From: Trichinella spiralis
Lineage: Eukaryota
Reading direction: 5' to 3'
NCBI RefSeq assembly: GCF_000181795.1
Contig: NW_003526948.1
Span: 1,978,980-2,042,979 of the forward strand
DNA: 64,000 nt
The first letter of the stretch is position 1. Every line of letters begins with the position of its first letter. The notes below the pieces were generated by a model. That model did not search any database. It had not been told where the DNA came from and saw nothing but the letters and a program-made list of their open reading frames with translations. The translations under genes were made by a program, and so were the position numbers. Shown here in pieces: positions 11,606 to 23,558 of the stretch.

Positions 11606-13240
11606 TCACTTTATCAATTCATGAAAAAATATCAGAAAAAAAAGAGAAATATTTTCACGCTTACCACACACTACATCCATACATTATTGCACACTGCCGA
11701 GTGTTGAAATTTGTTTCATCTCCGCATAATTGTTGCTTTCAATTCTCTTGTAAATTAATTAATTATTTTTTTTTCTCTTCTAAGTTCACTTGAAACTTAA
11801 TTAATGATACTTGTTCATGTTATGTTGTGCTTCTTTTGCAGCAAATTTACGAATTTGAGCTTTGCTTTTGTTTTTTCAATTCCTCCCCCCCCCTCCACAC
11901 ACACACACACACACACCAAACGCTACCTGATCAATTTTCTCCAAATTGGCAATTCTTTTCAAAAAGTGTAACAATTAATTATTTTTATAACAACTTTCAA
12001 ATTACGCTCATTATCATAAATTACGTTAACAATTTTGGCGAAAATTATTTTCTTTCATAACAACAAAAATTGTTCCTTCTACTTCACCTTGTTGCTGCTG
12101 CTGTTGCTGTTGTTGTTGTTGTTGCTGTTGCTGCTGTTGCTATTGCACCTCACTGCTGCTTTGATTGCATGCAGATGCTTTGTATGATTATTTCAACAAG
12201 AAAATCTGTGAATTTATTTACTTTATTTTTTTTTCTTTTGACATTTATTATTACATCAAATTGCTAGCATGTTCAAACGTTGGTAATTACTTCCCTTCAT
12301 TACATGTTAATCTTGCCATTCATTCTTATTCACCTTATTCCATTTAAATGTATTTTATTTATTAATTTTTTCTTGCTTTTAATAAATAATTTTTCTCATA
12401 TGTGCTTAATATTTTGAAAACAAATGAAACGGTACCTTGTTTTCTCTGTATTCGCATAACAAGCAGTGCAGAAACATGAAATGTCCAACATCTTTCCCAG
12501 CTTATCTTTTAGTGTTCTTCTTTTGCAATCTACACATGTAAATTATTTACGTAGCAATCATACAAGCTACAAGCTGATTTGTCATTTGCTATTTATCAAA
12601 AAGAAAAATGTTGATCTTTGTTTAATTTACAAATTGCAGAATTGCTTTCTTCCTTTTTTTTGCTTTTGCTTTAAATGAACGAAAGCTATAATTTGAACAT
12701 AAATTAATAATGAAATAAAATAAACAAATCATAAATTTCTTACGTGCTATTTGTAAACACTCTAAATCGGCAAACATTTTCCCATTTGCATAGTTGGAAA
12801 ATTGCCGTTTCAACACTTGTTGCACGTGTTTGCTTGAACCGCAAATTTATATGATTAAATGATAAACCACAATCATGTATAGTCAATTTCTTGTTTTGAA
12901 TTAAATGGATAAACTTCATCCGTGTTAGCATGATTTCTTTCATTCATTTGTAGCATAAAATGGCCAACATTGTTAATTTCCTCAATCACAATTCAACTGA
13001 ATCAAGTGAAATATATTTCAAATTAAAAACATAAAAAAATAATAAATACTTTTAAAAGCTTTATTCGACAATGTTCATAATGTACAAAATAGCACCAACA
13101 ATAATTGTCCTACTAGTTTGTTCGCAAACAGTGAACCGTTCGTTGTTGCTTCTGTCGAAGCTATTGGCTAAATTTCAATCGGGATTTTTGGTATGAAATA
13201 GAAATGAAAAATTCATTTAAAGCATCCCGTACAATCCACA

Positions 13241-14754
13241 TTATAATATTAAAGCTCGACATCCACTGGTGACATGTTTGGTCAAGAGAGACATGCGAGA
13301 AAATGTTTTTTGACAAAGATTACAACTGTATTTCTTCAAATGAGTGTGCGTTTGTAAATGAGCACGCAAATTGCTACGATCGGCAAATGCCCGGCCACAA
13401 TGCCCACAGCAAAATGGCTTCTCTCCAGTATGAGTTCGAATGTGTCCTTGTAGTAACCAGGGTCGGCTGAATGCCTTGCCACAAATGTGGCATTTACATG
13501 GCAACGTGTGTGTCCGAATGTGCATTTTCATTGCTCTAAAATGAAATTTAAAAAAGCAATTTATAATAACTACTCAATAATAAAGTTATTTATTTAGTAA
13601 AATTGTTATATTTCAAAAGATTATTTACGATTGTAGTGTAAAAATTTGGAAAGATATCAGTGTCATTATGGTAACTGTATATATATATATATATATATAC
13701 TGCATTGCATTGCAGTGGAGAACGTACCCAAGTGAAGAGTATTGTTTTTCACAAAATTTGCAGCCAAACTGACGTTTTATTTGCGAAATGCAATGAAACT
13801 GACGATGCTTGGATAAACCGCCCAACGTGGAATAACTTCGGTTACAATCTGGACATTGAATGCGAGAGTTGGGCATACTTTTTGCTGGCAATGATTTACC
13901 ATAAATATCACCGGCTGGCTTTGCCAGTACATCTTGTCCAGCGGTAGTAAGTGGACTCCCATTCATGAGAACTACTTTCGAAGTGTTCGAATTTCTCGGA
14001 TATATTGAATCGTACAACGTCACTACAGACTGAGAAAATGGCAAGTCTAGTGGTTGAACAAAATCTGATGCTGGACACAAATTTCCACCATTCTGCGACG
14101 TGTGAAACTGGCGATTCAGTGCTGCATGAATACCAGGCCAAGTCATGGATGTAGCGTCAGCAAAGAAGGATCTTTTAAATCTCAACAAATCATCAATACT
14201 GTTAGTTGTTGGATTTGTAACAGTTTGCAATTTGAAAACATTCGGCAGAGATGCAGATGCGACGGCCAACGTATCACTGATTGGTCTATTGTTAGGAAAA
14301 TATGCACATTTCGACGTTAAGAAATGATTGAAAAAGGCAACATTGGACTGGATGGAATTTCTTCTCAAGAAATCTACCAAAGACACATCACCGGAAAACG
14401 GTTGGTCCATTTCTGGCATCACACGTGTAACGAGAGTGTTGTGCTTGAAAGCACTACTGTTGTACATGTTGGAAATGCTCGGCTTGGTTGAATGAAGCTC
14501 ATCTTGTGTTGAAGGTAAAATTCCAGCAAGCCGAGTCACGTCTATAAAATAACGAACATTATAAGAATGTAAATTTGATATAGGCATTTGAAAAAGAAAA
14601 GAAAAGCTGCTCATCAAGCGAACAGAATTAATTGTCGTTGATAAGATATATGTTGAAAATGTTGTACTAATTTACCTGCAAAAATTGACTGTTTTTTAGT
14701 AACATTAACTGAAGCAATGTCGACGTTCATTTTTACTTGTTTCTTGTATGCCAT
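13241..14754 (-). CDS. snail: Snail/Escargot-family zinc-finger repressor (5 fingers); exons 14754-14676 (tentative), 14541-13728, 13535-13241
   Basis: [24 protein letters not shown]...[55 protein letters not shown]...[15 protein letters not shown]...[14 protein letters not shown] is the Snail/Slug/Esg-type finger array, not the Scratch type. PLDLP is a CtBP-like motif. The first exon is uncertain. Confidence 0.95.
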
Positions 14755-17700
14755 GTAATGCGCGTAAATGTGAAGCTTGCCAAAATTTCAAAACGTATTT
14801 ATGAAAAGACACTAACGTGAAAAGTGGCATTGCAAGCTGATTGGCAAGAAATTGACCAATGAATTGCCACCTCAGTTGTTGAGCAAAATTCGCCAGCCGT
14901 GTGTCCAGACACTAGAAGTTGGCAGATAAGGTGCAAATAAAAAGCCAAGCACAAACACGGCCTCATCCGACATTACTGTTAGCTTCTTGCCTTCTTCACG
15001 TCTTGACACGCACGTGTTATCATTATTCATTTCCTGGGCAAATTTTATCATTTTATTTGTGTAGCTGATCATTGTCAACAGCTGATTGGAAACCTCAATG
15101 AGCTACTAGAAAAAGATATCACGACTGGGTGATTTCATTTGACATTCGTAAAGGAGAAGACGCCTGCTTTATTTGCTCAATTACTAACACGGAACTTTGG
15201 GTGGTCAATGAACGGTAGTAACTTTTTTCAAATAATCAACATTGATTAACGATCAACTTTTTACCTGAATTTGTTTTTTCTTTTATCTTTCAACATTTCT
15301 ATTTTTATGATCACAAAATGTTGAACAATAATTAATATGATTTAAATTTTCATCATGACCATTGTTTGCATAGCAGGCAAAATGATCAAATTCCCAGCTT
15401 TCAGAGGGCATTATTGTAGCAGTGACTATTAAATTGTTTTCATGCCATATTTACCTAATGCATTCACTCATAACTTATGCAAAACATATTTATTTTTATC
15501 TTTTATTAGTTTTATTTTGATTTTTGTGTATTTGAATTAAAAATTAATCTATTATTAGCCTGCTTAATTTTTGCACTTAATGAAATTCATCCGCTGAGCA
15601 ACATTTTGTCATGCAACAAAAAGCCACTCCTTGAATAAGAAAACAAACAATACTGAACATCACTTTTGCACATTTTACCAATGAATTAATATTTCAAAAC
15701 ATGAAACTTCAATGTATTTTTTTGTTGATAGATTTATTTTGTTTAAATCAAAAAATTTAATTTATTAATCAGCTTGCTTGACAAAAACTACAAATTTAAC
15801 TGAAATTAATTTGTTCACTTATTTTTGCAATAAAATGTGCAAATAGTATCATTTTCATTTATCGCATCTTTAGTAAAAGTAATTTATTCTTTTGAAATTA
15901 GACGTAAAAAAATAATTGATCTGAATCATAATAGTACGTACCTGCAATTAAGAAGATTATTTTACGCCCAAACCGTTAATCTAATATGAGAAGCAACTTT
16001 AAATGGGCTGTTATATTCATTGCATACATACATACAGAAATATAAAATATTTATTGCTGTGCAGGTTGAAAATTTTCAGTATGAAATTGTCAAATAAAAG
16101 TAATGTTTGTCCTGTCATACAATATTATCATGCTATTAGACAACAGTGTGAACATGTGAAGAAAAAAGGTGACTATTGAAAAACAAAAATATAATCAATT
16201 GCTGCGTATTAATAGAACTGCTAATCTTTTTCATTAGTACTTTTTTATCAGCTTTCATAAAGCTTCTTCTATGCTTTTTATGCTTATGCTGTTAAGAATT
16301 GAAAAATATTTACGATAAAAAAGCACTATGGAACTTTGCGTGCTCTACTTTACGATTGTTTCAACTTTAGATATAGCAATGAAAGTGCTAAATTTTTCAT
16401 ATAAATATAAATATAAATATAAATAAATAAATAAATATATATATATACATGAAGCTTCTTAAGTTCTAGAAAATATTTCCATTGTCATTTATTCCTTGCC
16501 AGACTGTTGCTTTTAACAAAGAATTTACGTCATTTGAGCAGGTGTCAGCAAATGATTTATTTAATTTGAAACAAAAATGAACTGCAATTTCCGTTGCTCA
16601 ACTCAAATGCTTTGTTTTAAATTAAGAAAAAAAAACGTATTTTACTAAAATCTGCAAATTAAATTATGTCACTATGCAACAATTTCATTTTTACTTTTGT
16701 TCTCACTGATAATATGCAGAAATATTGTACTTTTGATAATTAGCACTCGTACCTATGAGACAGTATGCAAATAATCTAATTTTAATAATTTAATGTTGCT
16801 GTTTTTATTTACACTTTATAAAATGTACTTTTTATTTTATATTCAAAAATGGTAAACTGAAAAATAATTTTAAAACTGTACATTGTATTTTTTTTATTAT
16901 CAATGTGAATAATTTGAATTAGGTTTTGCAATAGAAAATGATATACAGCTTCATCGACGTTTAATTGAACATTGAAAAGCACATTAACACTGAAATATTG
17001 CAAGTGAAAAGTGAAATAAATATTTGTAAAAAGAGAAACATTCGGTTAAATAAAATAAATGACTGCGTGAAATTAATCATATTCACACATAAATTTAAAA
17101 AAGCAAAATATTTATTTCGGTAAGTTAGGAGGGTTCTCCTTTTTCTTTTTGTTATATAATATTGAATGATTAGTTTAAATTCAAATAAATAAATAAATAA
17201 AATTTTATAAATATAATTAAATGAGAATAGAATGTAAAAATATTGGAGTGAAAAACGATAGCTGTTTGGCGTTCACTATTATCGCACCTGTCCGTATGGC
17301 TGTTGCTTGAAAAATTCCACCAACCAACAAAGCTAACAATTTAGCAAATCGCTCGGCTAGGTAGTCATTGAAAACGTTAACACCTGATTTACGAGGCAAA
17401 AGTTGCAAATATCAATCTGTACCGCCAATCGAATAAAAATATTTCATATTCATCATCGATTGCATCATCATTAACATTATCACCTCTGATTTCAATGGAA
17501 TTTGAATAAACGCCTTCAGATATTAATATTATTATTGTGTCAAGTTGAAATTTTAATCCAAACAATGCTAAAAGCTAGCAGGCTGATATTGATGAACGAT
17601 AATTAATAATCACATTCAGTCAAAGCCTGCCGTCTGGCCGTCCGGAAATGAGCTATGCACTTGTTCATGCCGGATCAAAAACTATTTATCTTTTCCACTT

Positions 17701-18875
17701 GGCTTGCAATAAATATTTTGCACATAAGTTATTGATAAGAAGAAATTATAGTCAGCACATGCACTGATTGCTCGTGGCGGCATTTCTCTGTTCTTTGACA
17801 GCAACTGTGTTCGAATAATACTCTGTTGCAATTTTGAAATTCTGAAAACACTCCATCCAAAGGGGCACCACTTGCAAAATAAATTTCCATTTCAACTTCA
17901 ACCTACCCACTTGAAATTGAACAGGTGCTGCATTTACGAGTTGCTTATGCATATTTTCTGTCGACTTTATTGAAGACAAATAATTTCTACTATATGAACC
18001 ATATAATAGAACTATAATATTCTCTAGTCCCTCTCAATAATAATAATAATAATTGCCACCTCAGTTGTTGAGCAAAATTCGCCAAAAAATAATAATAATT
18101 ATTATTATTATCTGAAACAAAAGAAAAATATCTTTCGAATTAACGTTATTTAATAAAATATTTCACTGCAATCTTAAACACAACTTTAACAAAATTGATT
18201 TTAAATGTATTTTAATATTTTACTTTTAAATGAGAATAAAAAAATAGTAAAAAGTGTACAAAAACAAGAAGTAGGATTTTTAAAGGTGATTTGTGGCAAG
18301 AAGAAATGCGCTTAACCAAATCAAAGAGAAGAGTAAGGGGGAGGAGTAGAAAGAAGCATGCTTTATTCAATTGGCAAGTAATATCGATCGCAGTGCGACA
18401 ATGGAGATCTGGAGCTGCTTAGTGCGATGAGTATTTTTCATTTTGTTCATTCAACATTACGGGATGCAGTTGATTGTGCAAAGGAAGCCATTTGACAGTT
18501 GAAACGATTTAAATTTATTTGCAGTGTCCAATTTCCAAAAAGAGAATTTCAGAAATAAAGAATGATTCAGGTAATTGTGGAAAACATTTTCATCCAGTCC
18601 TTGAATCGACGCGTCGACTTCCAATTTGCGCATATTATAGAACAATCATTATTATTTATTTATTTATTTATTTGTAGAGAAAAAGGTACAGAAGTGTTGT
18701 GAAAGAGTAAATTGCAAAAATGAAACAACCCAACAACGCTTGAAGATGTTCTGCTTTTGACAACAGTGTGATCAAATTTGTCGGAAAATATTCACACCAA
18801 CTGTAGATGTCAACAGATGATTTGGACAGTCACGTTTGAAAATTGCATTTCATTTCAACTTTTGCCGATGTGATC

Positions 18876-18915
18876 ATCGGATCGGATCGGATCGGATCGG
18901 ATCAGATCGGATCAG
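18876..18915. repeat. (ATCGG)n pentanucleotide microsatellite
   Basis: atcgg atcgg atcgg atcgg atcgg atcag atcgg atcag. Confidence 0.9.
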
Positions 18916-18990
18916 CTAATTCAACTACATGGCATATTCAACCCAGCACTGCTTCTGTTGTATTATTGGTTGTTGTCGTCGGTGAATTTC

Positions 18991-19200
18991 ATGGAATCTT
19001 CGATATTTTTCTACATGGGAATAACCATTTTATTCGGTTGGATATTGGTTGTATTAATTTTGTTACGTCGTTACTGGTTCGTGTGGAAATGTCCAAATTG
19101 TTGCTGCTATCGATGGTCATCACTGTGCTGTCGTCGACGATGCACAGAACCATCTTCGAAGAAAATAATATGCGATGAACAATGCTTAACAGAAATATAA
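18991..19200 (+). CDS. Putative small single-pass membrane protein with Cys-rich tail (69 aa, or the last exon of a longer gene)
   Basis: MESSIFFYMGITILFGWILVVLILL-RR-YWFVWKCPNCCCYRWSSLCCRRRC...: hydrophobic helix, basic stop-transfer residues and a Cys cluster. Possible acceptor at 18945-18946. Confidence 0.45.
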   Translation: MESSIFFYMGITILFGWILVVLILLRRYWFVWKCPNCCCYRWSSLCCRRRCTEPSSKKIICDEQCLTEI

Positions 19201-20203
19201 TCTTTGCCTTGTTCCTCTTACTTTTCTGTTCAATCAGTCAATCAACTGTGTGCATATATATATCTATATTTTTTGATTTTATTGCTTATTGAAGAAATAA
19301 AGTGAAAATAAAATGAACCACGCTGATACCAGTTGTTCTATTTTGTTAAAGCTGTATCCCGCCAAAGGATAATGGCAAGTTGAACAATAATAATAATATG
19401 GAAGTTGGCTAATTTCCAATTAAGCATACTTTTATCGATCGACAAGTACAAAGTGGAGAAATTCCAATTGCTCACATCTTCGCTTGGTCAATGATCGTCG
19501 TCGTGACTTGTTTGATTAAAAGTTGCCAACCTGAAGCAACATCATCGACACAACATCACTGCACAAATGATCCAAATGATGCAACAAATATCCCACAAAG
19601 CAATAATAGCCTTCTTCTGCTTCATTCCAACACCGCTACTGCTACTGCTCTACAGGTGTGTACATGTGAGCAGTGCGTGTCCCATTGAAAATTATGTCAC
19701 ATTCATCACTTGGTAAACAATTCATTTTCTTTCAAATTTGCATTGATTTCAACAATAACAATATTATTATTGTTGTTTTGATCGTATTTGTTCCCATTTT
19801 ATTTCATGTTAATGAATTCATTCACTGATTCGATGAATTCATTTGCTCAATGGAAGTTATTTACACGATGCAGATATACTTCATCAACTGATACTGTGAT
19901 TCTAAATGAATAACAATTGAAAAAGAAAAAAGAAATGCAATCAATAAGATATTTCACATTCTCATTTTATTGGCTTTGTTTCCTTTTTTATTCTTGTCAC
20001 GACGAGTAATCTCTAATCATACAGAATTGCTTCGTTTCGTTTTTTATTACAAATAAATAATATAGATATATAGAGGGGGAAGGAGAGAGGGAGAGAGAGA
20101 GCGCGATTTATAATTTATTGTAAATGTAAAAATTGTCGGATTTGATGGTAGGCGTTGGTTTCAAATTTGGGCAGAAGAGGGGAAAAATTGGATTTTTCTT
20201 AAA

Positions 20204-22128
20204 TCACTTTAAGCCGCTCCAATGACAGCCCAGAATTTGATGCAACTGCGAGGCGCAGGAGATGTCTTTTGGTGTTATTGTATCCTCGCTGCCGGCCGAG
20301 TTGCAAAATTTCTGACATCGATCCCCTCCGGATTTGAACACGCCTTTCTTGGCACAACAAGCGCTGTTATCTTTCCCTTGGGAAGCGCAATATAAATATT
20401 TCGGTATCATTTCCACCGTGCAAATGCCGTTGTCGAACAAATGTTTCGCCTGAGGCAGTGGAAAATTTATTAAAATTCCATTTTTTACAAATAATGAAAA
20501 ATAATTTTAAAAAATGGAAAATTTAACCCAACATTTATCACGAGAAATCAATTCAAACAACTCACTTTGTTCAACGTCACATCGTAATGGCATAGACGGA
20601 TGCAAGTTCCCAAATTCAACTGTTCACAGCATTCCCGGAACAACGTGTTCGCCTTGTCCAACGGCAAACATGGACTGTAATCAGGGGCACTTCCGCATCC
20701 TGCACCGCCGCTTTCCGAATTTGAAATGGGCTATTTGAAATAAAACAATTAATTTTGAAAGAAAAAAGCAATTTAATAAGTTCAATTAAACAACAATTCT
20801 ACTGTCACAACTTCTTCAATAAACATCTCCAATTCAGTCAGTGTACATTATCATTATCATCATCAGCGTATTCATGTCACTCATCAAATTTGATGAGACA
20901 AATTACAATGCATTTTGTTCTATAAAAACCATCACAAAACTAAGCTAATTTATGCTCAATTGATTAGGACAAGCCATTTCTCATTACTACCTACCATACA
21001 CTACACAAATAAATCAATAAAGCAAAACAACACAACAGTGGATTATTAAAGTCAAAATAATTTTGCTTCAATTTTTAGTTCCATTTATTGATTCCATTCA
21101 TTCAACTTTTCCTTTCTCAAGTTTGCTCTTTCTTCTAATTTCTTACAAATAATCTTTTCTCCATTACCACATATCAAACTGTTATCCATACTGTACCGGG
21201 TTGCATTTGTAAAGTTATTTTCATTAATCGACTCCATTCTCTTTCAGTTTTGCCTATTTCCTCAAAATGTAATAATCCGTACAATTGGCAAACTGTCAGC
21301 TGAACAAATCCAAACGGATGGATTTATTTGATTTTTTCAGTAAAACTTAAATTAAATTAAATTAAATTAATTGCATAGTACAGTTTCAGTTCAACCTACA
21401 GTACACAGGAATCCAATTATTTTGCTTCATTTTCAAATCCAGTATAATTTAACTTGAAATTAATATGAAAATGAAAAAAAACAGCATGCTTAATTTTAAC
21501 TGGTTTAGTAGAGTAAAAAATCACTTCCAATTAGTGTTTTTCTACTTTGGTAACATAGTTTTCTACAAAACTGATACAAGTACAAAAGTTGAAAAAAATG
21601 ACAACAGAAAAAAAAGAATAAATTTCACTCCTACAATATAGTATTATAATAAAAGTAAAAAGAAAAAGAAAATAAAAGGAAAATTCGTTTGTTAAGTTCC
21701 AAAGAACAAAATTAAAAAAAAACAAATACCGTTCTATTTACAGATGGTGTAACTTGTTGACGATCTATGGGCGTGGAGATTTTACTTCCAGATGAACTTT
21801 CACCTATCTGTACAAAAATGATAAATTGGAATAATTAATAATTGAATTTAAATTAAAATGTGAATTGTGAAAAAAGAAATAGATAAATAAATGAATGTAT
21901 AATTACAAGTGTTGAAGGAGATTGTTCTTTTCGTTGAGATTCGGTTGGGCAAGTGGCACAGAATGCGCTGCAGTGGGTTTGCATGCGTCGAGTAACGCAA
22001 AATCTGCATCCGACCAATTCACATTTCAACGCGTCGGTTTGATCAATGCAAATTAGTAGTAGTAATAGTAGTAGAAGTTGTACAGTAAGAAGCGGCGCGA
22101 ACAAACCGAAGCCCCGGCCGTGGTCCAT
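20204..22128 (-). CDS. Secreted Cys-rich protein with an N-terminal ShKT-like 6-Cys motif and a C-terminal DB module (about 236 aa); exons 22128-21907, 21807-21730, 20730-20566, 20449-20204
   Basis: Signal peptide ([21 protein letters not shown]). All phase-0 GT-AG introns give an open frame. DB-module pattern: ANTLFRECCEQLNLGTCIRLCHYD...YLYCASQGKDNSACCAKKGV...RCQKFC...QILGCHW. Confidence 0.88.
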
Positions 22129-22282
22129 GATCAGAAGAAGAGAATGGAATGAAAATGAATGAACCCTATTTGAACGACTATTCTTAGCCGACTTTTCGCC
22201 AAATGATGATCTTCGAATTCAAATGCGTAGCCCTGATTTTGGAAAAACCAGACACGCCGACAAGCAAGCAGAAGCAAGCAGG

Positions 22283-22292
22283 CTATATAAAA
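22283..22292 (-). promoter_or_regulatory. Probable TATA box of the DB-module gene
   Basis: TTTTATATAG on the minus strand about 160 bp upstream of the ATG at 22128. Confidence 0.35.
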
Positions 22293-23558
22293 CTGACGTT
22301 ATTGAAGTTTTGTAATTTGTCGCAAGGAAACGATTCTTTCTTTTTCCGGCTCTGGTGAACAATGTGACGAGAAAAACATCAATTTTGGCTTAATTTTCAT
22401 TCTCGAAATTCGTCAAAGGGACCAAAGCCTGCGGCTATTGAGCAGTGACAGGTTTTTTGCTTCCTTCAATTGCCCAACGTAGAACGCAGCCCAGCTACCA
22501 AGTGACGCACCTTCGTCAAGTCGTTGTCTAATGGTGTGGCAAAAACTGAACTCACAGACACAAGTTTTACCGCTTTTCAGAGACGAACTTTCTTCCCATT
22601 TCTTCTTGCCCATCACAGTCGAACTAGTGCAGAAATTCAGAAACGGGTCAACGAATTCAAACGATTCAGATCACTTCTTCTCTTTTCAACAACCGAGTCT
22701 CGCCTGAAAAGGGGACGAAATTTTCCAATTCGTCCCATACTGAAAACTGAACTTATGAAACAAAAAAATAAAAAATATATTCATATCAAATATACGTAGA
22801 AAATTTTTTTGAAAAAAAGACACATTAATCCATTCATGATCGCTAATAAAATGTTTTACAGTTGATAAATTCGATGAAAAAATAAATTTTCCAATTTATC
22901 ATACAGTATTTTCAAATAACTTTTTCACAAAAAAACAGTATGAATTATTGAAACCTACATTCCATTATCTGTAATCGAATAAAATATTTTTTTTTCAAAA
23001 AAATTTTTTTATTGCTTTTTTTTCAATTACATTTTTTTATATTAATTTTTTCTCAAATTTATATTTAAATATTTTTTTCCACATTTGAAATGAATTTTTG
23101 TTTATTTCCTTACTGTAATAAGCTGCGCGTCGATATTCAACTTTTCGTATGTTTTGTTTTTGCTGAAACTTTCTCACCTTTCGTTGTTGTTTTGCACTTG
23201 TTTCTGTTAAATTGTCATGTTTTTGTTAAATTTCTTCATTTGCAATATTATTCAAATCAATTTGTACTCCAATAGGAACTTGATCGTTCAATTGACTAGA
23301 ACAATTGCTATTAAATATGTTGAACAAATTGAAATGACAGTTGTAGCCAGTTTTCACTTAATACGATTAACAAGCTACAAGTTAACGACGACAAAGCAAC
23401 GATCGTTCAAGCATCTCTGTCGTCATTCTTTGACTCAACAGTTCTAGTAGCAATTAAGTGTAACTTTTTACAAAAATAATTCGTATTGTTGACAGTGATT
23501 TTTGTTTTCTAAACAAATTATTATTTGGATAATCAATGCAATAGTTGCCTTTTGATAG

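Noticed and set aside
22712..22736. GGGACGAA...TTCGTCCC hairpin
   Set aside because: A single 8-bp stem, plausible by chance.
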